A DNA stretch of 64,000 bases, from positions 1,714 through 65,713 of the IMG/VR virus record IMGVR_UViG_3300025849_001733; one strand, given 5' to 3'. Positions 58,215 through 64,000 of this stretch are shown piece by piece. The stretch is from a virus. Taxonomy: Duplodnaviria > Caudoviricetes. The notes beneath the pieces were generated by a model. The model ran no database searches. It worked only from the letters and a program-made list of their open reading frames with translations, and was not told the DNA's origin. The position numbers and the translations under genes were made by a program. The first letter of the stretch is position 1, and every line of letters starts with the position of its first letter.

Positions 58215-58996
58215 AATGTTTCTCCATTGAATATGTTTATTATATTGCCTTTTTCTTGATTTGTCAAGAACTTTTCTACCGTATATTTAGGTTTAAAACC
58301 AAGTGACCTCATTTTTTCTGTGTTAGCAGAAGTCCATTGTCGTTCACCAGGAGTATTTAGGCGCACCGGTAAGTCTGGCGCCAAATCTTGTATTTTTACA
58401 GGATGTCCAGTACCAATATCGATAATTCCATTTACATGTGGATTATTAATAAGTATCTGTATTCCGTCAATTAAATCAAATAAATGTATAAAATCTCTAT
58501 AATGTCTAGTTGTATATTCTAGTGTACGATTGCGTAACTTATTAAAGAACATATTCTCTCTAGGACAATTATCACTATACACTGTATGGAATCGCATACC
58601 TAATGTATCCGGATAACGACTAGCAAGTTCTTCTAAACAATATTTAGATGCCGCATAAGGGTTTAAATCGGGCTCGTATGCACTCGAACTGCTCGCATAT
58701 AGTATGCGTGTATTTTCATAGCGTTCAAACAATCTACGACTTGCTTCTATATTATTCTGCCAATATCCTGCAGGGTCTCTAAAACTTTCACGTACTCCGC
58801 TTTTACCTGCTAGATGTATGATTAAATCAAACTCTATATTAGGAAATTCACAAGTTAGTAAGTCTTGACTATTATTTAAATGATCTCGATCCCAACCATC
58901 TTGCAAATCCATACCAGTAACTTGGTGATTTAAAGAAAGTGCTTTAAATAGTGCAGTACCAATAAATCCTTTATGTCCAGTTAATAATATTTTCAT
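58211..58996 (-). CDS. NAD-dependent epimerase/dehydratase (extended SDR)
   Basis: TGHKGFIG, HLAG, ASSSS, YAASK, RDFIH. Confidence 0.9.
   Translation of the reverse strand: MKILLTGHKGFIGTALFKALSLNHQVTGMDLQDGWDRDHLNNSQDLLTCEFPNIEFDLIIHLAGKSGVRESFRDPAGYWQNNIEASRRLFERYENTRILYASSSSAYEPDLNPYAASKYCLEELASRYPDTLGMRFHTVYSDNCPRENMFFNKLRNRTLEYTTRHYRDFIHLFDLIDGIQILINNPHVNGIIDIGTGHPVKIQDLAPDLPVRLNTPGERQWTSANTEKMRSLGFKPKYTVEKFLTNQEKGNIINIFNGETL
58239..58267 (-). promoter_or_regulatory. Perfect sigma70 promoter TTGACA-17-TATAAT for clamp-dpdA unit
   Basis: Inside 3' end of the epimerase gene, upstream of GGAG and ATG 58214. Confidence 0.75.
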
Positions 58997-59736
58997 TTTC
59001 TTACTTTCTTATTGTAAGCAATCGCTTCATCTAGTATAGTTAAGTTACTATTGTAACGATTTGCTGTCACTGTAAATGCCTTTGTGTCTTTTGGAAAGCA
59101 ATGTCCGCCAAACCCACGTTCATCTGTAATAGTAGTATGACTTTCACCTATCCTATCGTCTATTGTAGTATACAGTCTTACTTGCTCATAGTCAATACCT
59201 AATGCACCACAAAGGTCATTTATTTGATTGAAGTATGCAACCTTAAGTGCTAGAAAACTGTTGCGAGCATATTTGGTTAGGATAAGTTCTTTTGGTTTAG
59301 CAACGCTAATATTAATCTTACCCATTGCTGTAATAAATATGTCTGCCCAAAAGCTGGTGTTGCCTCCACCTAGTAGTATTGTATCATTGTTCTTGAAGTC
59401 TTCCAATGCCGAAGCTGCTCTTAAGAACTCCGGAGAAAATGTTAGGTTAGTGTGTGGAAACATATGCGTTAGCATATCCCAGCCTTCAACTGATATAGTA
59501 CTTTTAATTAGTATTGGCACATTGGGATTGTCATTAACAACTGCTAACACATTGTCCATATGACATCCGCCATGTGACCCTTCAGGTGTGCTTACGCAAA
59601 CTATGATTGCATCTGCGTGACGCAAGTCACCGTGGTGTCCTAGTGCCGGATCATATATAATTAAGTTGTGATAGTCTTTGAGTACACCTTCATGTGCTTT
59701 GCCTACAAATCCGTAACCAGCTATTCCTATTTTCAT
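58993..59736 (-). CDS. UDP-glucose/GDP-mannose dehydrogenase family, short form without C-terminal domain
   Basis: GYGFVG, CVSTP, IKST, SPEFL, GFGGHCFPKD; only 247 aa. Confidence 0.85.
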   Translation of the reverse strand: MKIGIAGYGFVGKAHEGVLKDYHNLIIYDPALGHHGDLRHADAIIVCVSTPEGSHGGCHMDNVLAVVNDNPNVPILIKSTISVEGWDMLTHMFPHTNLTFSPEFLRAASALEDFKNNDTILLGGGNTSFWADIFITAMGKINISVAKPKELILTKYARNSFLALKVAYFNQINDLCGALGIDYEQVRLYTTIDDRIGESHTTITDERGFGGHCFPKDTKAFTVTANRYNSNLTILDEAIAYNKKVRK

Positions 59737-60437
59737 TTAAATTCCTTTAACAACTGATAAGTTTTTGACCAGTCTTTAACACCAGTAGCAAATCCTAGAT
59801 CGTTATCTATTATAACTTTCTTTAAAGGATAATCGTTGCCTGCTGGATCCATTCTATCACCGTAAAAATGTAATACATCATTAGGATCAAAGTCGTTTAC
59901 TATTTGACTTTTGTCTGTACCTTTAGGAGAGATATCAATGCCTGTTTCTCCACCAGGCCTAGCTATTAGCTCAGGAAATTCTTTATTAAACAAACTAGCA
60001 ATTAGATTACGTTCGTTATGTTGTGTATCATACTTTACATACAACTTACGTTCACCTATTGTAGCATTACGTCCAACAACGCTAAAGTTTACCATACCAG
60101 GCCGTTCTTCAATATGTAATCCTGTACGCAACGGAAATGAACTTTCTTTAAGTTTAGTTTCTAACCAAGACCTTACAAATAATGAAAGACTCCAATTATC
60201 AGATTTAATACGTGTTTCACCCTCCCAAACATCGTTACCGTTACACTGATAAACACGTTTACAGAGATTATATATTTCTTCTCCTAATTGTTCTACAGTC
60301 TTTTCTTTGTCGCTACCTGTTACAAGATACACATCATTCTCAGCACAAAAATTGCTAAAGAATACAGCAAAGTCATGATCAATTACTTGTCGACTTGGTG
60401 TTAGTGTACCATCAACGTCAAATATAAATTTATTCAA
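59733..60437 (-). CDS. HAD-IIB phosphomannomutase-like (eukaryotic PMM type)
   Basis: FDVDGTLT, TGSD, IEER, GD...GND. Confidence 0.8.
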   Translation of the reverse strand: MNKFIFDVDGTLTPSRQVIDHDFAVFFSNFCAENDVYLVTGSDKEKTVEQLGEEIYNLCKRVYQCNGNDVWEGETRIKSDNWSLSLFVRSWLETKLKESSFPLRTGLHIEERPGMVNFSVVGRNATIGERKLYVKYDTQHNERNLIASLFNKEFPELIARPGGETGIDISPKGTDKSQIVNDFDPNDVLHFYGDRMDPAGNDYPLKKVIIDNDLGFATGVKDWSKTYQLLKEFK

Positions 60438-60834
60438 TAACTCTTCTCCTTAGATCACTACTGCTAAAACGATGATCCCTTTTATTAAAATGTAAATCAA
60501 TATCGCGCTTACGACAAATATCTTTTCCCGTGAAATCTTTGTCACGATATTCCTCTCCTAGTATACGTACATCTATAGGATACATTGCAAGTATATCTTC
60601 TAGGTCTTCTTCAGTGCCGTATGGAATAATTTCATCCACATACTCTACGCCTTTTAGTTGTGTATAACGCTCTACTACTGTTTGTATTGGTGCGTTCTTT
60701 TCTTTTCTATCTATACTTGGATCAACCTGCAATCCACATATAAGATACTCACATTGTTCTTTTGCTTCACGTAACATTATTACATGTCCTGCGTGTAATA
60801 AGTCAAATGTGCTACATGTAAATCCTACTTTCAT
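60430..60834 (-). CDS. TagD-like cytidylyltransferase
   Basis: TFDLLHAGH...ER...VDEI...R...SSS. Confidence 0.85.
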   Translation of the reverse strand: MKVGFTCSTFDLLHAGHVIMLREAKEQCEYLICGLQVDPSIDRKEKNAPIQTVVERYTQLKGVEYVDEIIPYGTEEDLEDILAMYPIDVRILGEEYRDKDFTGKDICRKRDIDLHFNKRDHRFSSSDLRRRVIE

Positions 60835-61538
60835 GATACAAATGCCTTTTCTTGTACAAACGTACCAGCAACTCGTCTAGTACCTTCTTGCCACTTCCAG
60901 TCTGTTAACATTGATTTAACTTCATTGTTAAAATTGTTACTTCCACAAACCATTACTTTATTTTTACTAGGGTCTAAGTCCGGAATTAACATACCTGCAC
61001 TTAACATCTTAGTAATACGTTTATTCATAAACGGCCATTCAGGATCTCGTGTAACAATTGGTGTATATACAATGTCACAATCTTGTAAAAAGCTATTATA
61101 TGATATTAGTTCTGCTTGCTCTCTAACACTCCAGGCTACATGTATACGGTCAAAGTGATCATACGTTGTAGGGTCTCTTAGAAGCGATATAAACGGTGCT
61201 ATACCGGTGCCAGTAGCAAGTAGATATAAGTTATTGCCAAGTTCTATATTAGCAAGTGTAAGCGTTCCTGTAGGCTTAGTACCTACTTCTAACTCATCAC
61301 CTACTTTGATATGCTGTAGTCTACTAGTAAGAGGACCATCTGGAACTTTAATACTATAAAATTCTAAATATTCGTCATATGGACCATTTGTAAAAGAGTA
61401 CGCCCGCATAACATCATTATCGCCCATACCTATCATTGTAAATTCACCTGCTGTAAATCTATATGTACTAGGACGTTCTGTACGTATACGAAATAATGTA
61501 TCTGTATAATGCTGTACTTCTGTTACTTTTAAGTTCAT
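60831..61538 (-). CDS. fpr: Ferredoxin/flavodoxin-NADP+ reductase
   Basis: RAYS, GPLTS, TGTGIAPF, CGS, C-terminal EKAFV; start MNLKV after GAGG. Confidence 0.88.
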   Translation of the reverse strand: MNLKVTEVQHYTDTLFRIRTERPSTYRFTAGEFTMIGMGDNDVMRAYSFTNGPYDEYLEFYSIKVPDGPLTSRLQHIKVGDELEVGTKPTGTLTLANIELGNNLYLLATGTGIAPFISLLRDPTTYDHFDRIHVAWSVREQAELISYNSFLQDCDIVYTPIVTRDPEWPFMNKRITKMLSAGMLIPDLDPSKNKVMVCGSNNFNNEVKSMLTDWKWQEGTRRVAGTFVQEKAFVS

Positions 61539-61548
61539 AATACCTCTG

Positions 61549-61878
61549 TTAGGTTGAACGTGTTCCGTCAAAAACACAAATAAACTCTAATCCGTAGTCA
61601 GTGTTATTGTGTACTTTATGGAATACATTATCTTTGATTAGAACAGTATCGCCTTCGTAAACGTCAAATATTTCATGATCGAGTTCCATTTGTCCTTTGC
61701 CTTTTATAAAGATATAAACTTCTTCTTGTCCAGCATGCCTATGTCCAGTGGTACTCTTACCTGCATTTAATCTTGTACTACTTACTACTAAATTTTTTAA
61801 TTCAGTGTTGTCTTTAACGATATAACGATCGTCATCTTTAACAACAGATCCCCCAATATCCCAAGCACCGTATTTCAT
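61549..61878 (-). CDS. Cupin domain protein
   Basis: HRH...EEVY...G.G...H.VHN. Confidence 0.8.
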   Translation of the reverse strand: MKYGAWDIGGSVVKDDDRYIVKDNTELKNLVVSSTRLNAGKSTTGHRHAGQEEVYIFIKGKGQMELDHEIFDVYEGDTVLIKDNVFHKVHNNTDYGLEFICVFDGTRST

Positions 61879-62040
61879 TTATTTTCTCCGATTGTTTTTA
61901 TGTTTAGTATTGTTATTTAGGTTTTCTTGATGTTCTTCTAACAATTCACGGACGTCTTGAAGATGATAAATTACATCTTCAATCATGTCTAAGTCTTTTT
62001 GTTTATCAGTATCAAGTTCAACTTCTAGTTTTACTTTCAT
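61879..62040 (-). CDS. Small 53-aa hypothetical protein MKVKLEVELDT... (not in track)
   Basis: GGAG RBS, fills gap exactly between PolB stop and cupin ATG. Confidence 0.65.
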   Translation of the reverse strand: MKVKLEVELDTDKQKDLDMIEDVIYHLQDVRELLEEHQENLNNNTKHKNNRRK

Positions 62041-62041
62041 A

Positions 62042-64000
62042 TTAGTCTCCGAAGTCAAACAAACTTGTAAATGTATTGTGACGCTTAGTATCCTCTAGCG
62101 GATAGTCTAGCACACCAATCAAGTTGTCTAACTTATTATCAATGATAGTTTCTGCCATAGCCGCATCGTCAAATGGCAACTCCTTGAACCAGTCAGGTAA
62201 CCGTAGCTCGTCTGTTGGATAAGCAACACTTGTATACCCTAGTGGATTTTGTTTAAGTTTACAAACAATAACTTTCATACCGTCAACAATCTCTTGCGAG
62301 TACTTGTCTCCGTTCATACGCTTTAGTGTATTCCAGTTAATGCTTGCCCGTACATGCCCAGGCATGTTTGCTTTACCTTGTTTTTCTTCTAAACGCCTGT
62401 AGTGTCCAACTTTGTTTGCACGTTTAGGTGAACCTTTCTCCCAACCAGGACGTTCACTAAACTCCTTACGGAATACAGTAATACGTTCTAGTACATCTTC
62501 TCGTGGTTTATCTGTAAGTACCATTAGCAATAGTTCACTTAGGAACTCCTGCATAAACACAGGTGTATCTGATCTACGCAAGTCCAATCCCATTGCTTTT
62601 ACTTTACCAGGTTTACCGTCTACATCTGTTCTAAAGCCTTCGTTGTCTACAACTAGTGCCGCATAACGCTTCTTAGTAATATACAAACCTGACCTTGCAA
62701 CAATTTCCCTACCTGCTGCAATAACATCTGATCTGCTCTTTGGACAATGAAACGAATCAGCCATCATATCTGCAAACGTACTATCCACAGCTTCACTTAC
62801 TTGGTCGTAAAGTGTAATAGCATTTTCAGTATTCCAAGGAATTTTTCCTGCTTCGATGTCTGCTTTTAATGTTGGATATGCACTAAAGTAAACAGAGTCA
62901 GTATCGCCATATATAACAGCATCACCTACATGATCATATGTGCCTGTAATAACTTTGTTTGCTTCTGCACTCATATGTTTAACAATAGTACGTCCTGTTA
63001 GTGTAGTACTCTGGCCAATACGTTTATCAAAAAAGCGACACCCAGGATTAAGAATAGCACCATAAAGACTGTTAAGATTAATTTTTTTGACAAGTTGTCT
63101 TTTGTCCCAATATTCAATTTCTGTTTCATTGCCTGCATCTTTTGCCTTCTTCAGCATTGCCTGTAGTTCTTTACGTTCACTATACCAACGCTTTAGAATT
63201 CCTGGAATAACACCTTCAAACTCTGTTGTAAAGATTGTACCATTAGCACTAAGCATCCAAGGCTGATTACTGTCAAATATTACTTTATAAAGTTCAGCAC
63301 CGCTTAGTACATCACTACCACCTGACTCCCAGTCGATAGTTAGTGCAATGTCTTTACGTTGCTCCATAACAGCTTCGTATTCTTCTGTGCTAAAGCGTCC
63401 TTCCCAGCTACCTGCAAAGGATTTCTTCTTTAGACCCATATCTTCTGTTACTCTAGCATCTGAAATCTCTGGACGTATTTGTCCTACAACAGTTTCTGGA
63501 GCCATATTTAATGCACGAATAACACTTGGATACAGACTGTTTAAGTCCATACTTGCAATCCACTTGTGCAAACCTTTCTTAGGAAACGCTACATATGCAC
63601 CAGCGGCTTGTGTGTTTTCATCATCACGTTTTGCTCTGTTAGGAACTTGCAATCCTCTATGCCAAGCTTCATTAACAATAGCTTGTTCTGTAACAGCAAC
63701 AGCACCCATAGTGGTCTGTAGCATAACAGTATTAGCATGTGCAAGTTCGTTACTAAGATCAATAAATCTTAGTTTTTTGTCCAGCTTGTCCAGTAGTGCG
63801 GTATCTTGTATGTTGTATTCGATGAACTTTCTAAAGTCATTGTTGTACAACTGGTCCAAAGTGCCTTCATAAGGAACTTTATTTTCACCAACTTCGATTT
63901 CGCCAATGGCATCAAGTCTATATGTATGTCTTTCTTCATATGTGTATTTACGATATAAATTCAAACTATCTAAATGCACTCTGCCTATTAGGTCAAAGGT
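62042..64000 (-). CDS. polB: Family B DNA polymerase (5' partial)
   Basis: YNIQD exo III, DLNSLYPS, KINLNSLYG, YGDTDS, KKRY. Confidence 0.95.
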   Translation of the reverse strand, partial: TFDLIGRVHLDSLNLYRKYTYEERHTYRLDAIGEIEVGENKVPYEGTLDQLYNNDFRKFIEYNIQDTALLDKLDKKLRFIDLSNELAHANTVMLQTTMGAVAVTEQAIVNEAWHRGLQVPNRAKRDDENTQAAGAYVAFPKKGLHKWIASMDLNSLYPSVIRALNMAPETVVGQIRPEISDARVTEDMGLKKKSFAGSWEGRFSTEEYEAVMEQRKDIALTIDWESGGSDVLSGAELYKVIFDSNQPWMLSANGTIFTTEFEGVIPGILKRWYSERKELQAMLKKAKDAGNETEIEYWDKRQLVKKINLNSLYGAILNPGCRFFDKRIGQSTTLTGRTIVKHMSAEANKVITGTYDHVGDAVIYGDTDSVYFSAYPTLKADIEAGKIPWNTENAITLYDQVSEAVDSTFADMMADSFHCPKSRSDVIAAGREIVARSGLYITKKRYAALVVDNEGFRTDVDGKPGKVKAMGLDLRRSDTPVFMQEFLSELLLMVLTDKPREDVLERITVFRKEFSERPGWEKGSPKRANKVGHYRRLEEKQGKANMPGHVRASINWNTLKRMNGDKYSQEIVDGMKVIVCKLKQNPLGYTSVAYPTDELRLPDWFKELPFDDAAMAETIIDNKLDNLIGVLDYPLEDTKRHNTFTSLFDFGD

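Larger units (their letters stand above)
1..64000. mobile_element. Segment of a large T4-like/jumbo dsDNA bacteriophage genome
   Basis: Baseplate/tail-fibre genes, PolB, T4-type RNase H, clamp-like gene, ATAAATA late elements, tightly packed genes, no housekeeping operons. Confidence 0.93.

Noticed and set aside
1710-63872. Many 60-175 aa ORFs antisense to or out of frame within long genes (e.g. 2466..2783, 41359..41742, 47815..48333 upstream part, 63348..63872)
   Set aside because: Shadow ORFs overlapping well-supported genes, with no RBS or motifs
1-64000. Stop-codon reassignment, tRNA genes, introns or inteins
   Set aside because: ORFs tile densely under the standard code using all three stops; intergenic gaps are short with no cloverleaf seen; PolB motifs are contiguous

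Overview
The whole window reads as a gene-dense, AT-rich segment of a large T4-like (myovirus/jumbo-type) dsDNA phage genome, standard genetic code, with no tRNA, rRNA or CRISPR array that I can see. (1) 1-9355 (+): baseplate and tail-fibre structural genes with T4-late-like ATAAATA elements. (2) 9411-37492: a ~28 kb modification island bracketed by virion-fibre genes. It encodes 12 CxxxCxxC radical-SAM enzymes in three paralog subfamilies, four GT-A-like glycosyltransferases, a methyltransferase, an SGNH protein, a QueC-like PP-loop ATPase, four Asp/Asn-hydroxylase-like cupins, a GNAT-like protein and two degenerate kinase-fold proteins. (3) 37536-47818 (-): Mtd-like fibre, MoxR/vWA pair, 2OG-Fe(II) oxygenases, T4 RNase H-like nuclease. 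(4) 47915-57482 (-): 7-deazaguanine DNA-modification cluster (queE, folE, QueD-like/DpdL, TGT/DpdA-like) interleaved with a GT-B glycosyltransferase, PRTase, HIT, a PD-(D/E)xK nuclease and unknowns. (5) 57486-64000 (-): probable sliding clamp, NDP-sugar enzymes, ferredoxin-NADP reductase and a family B DNA polymerase. Five genes are broken by exact tandem duplications (7, 14, 32, 73, 115 bp), and deleting one copy restores each ORF. All calls come from motif reading by eye; no searches were run.
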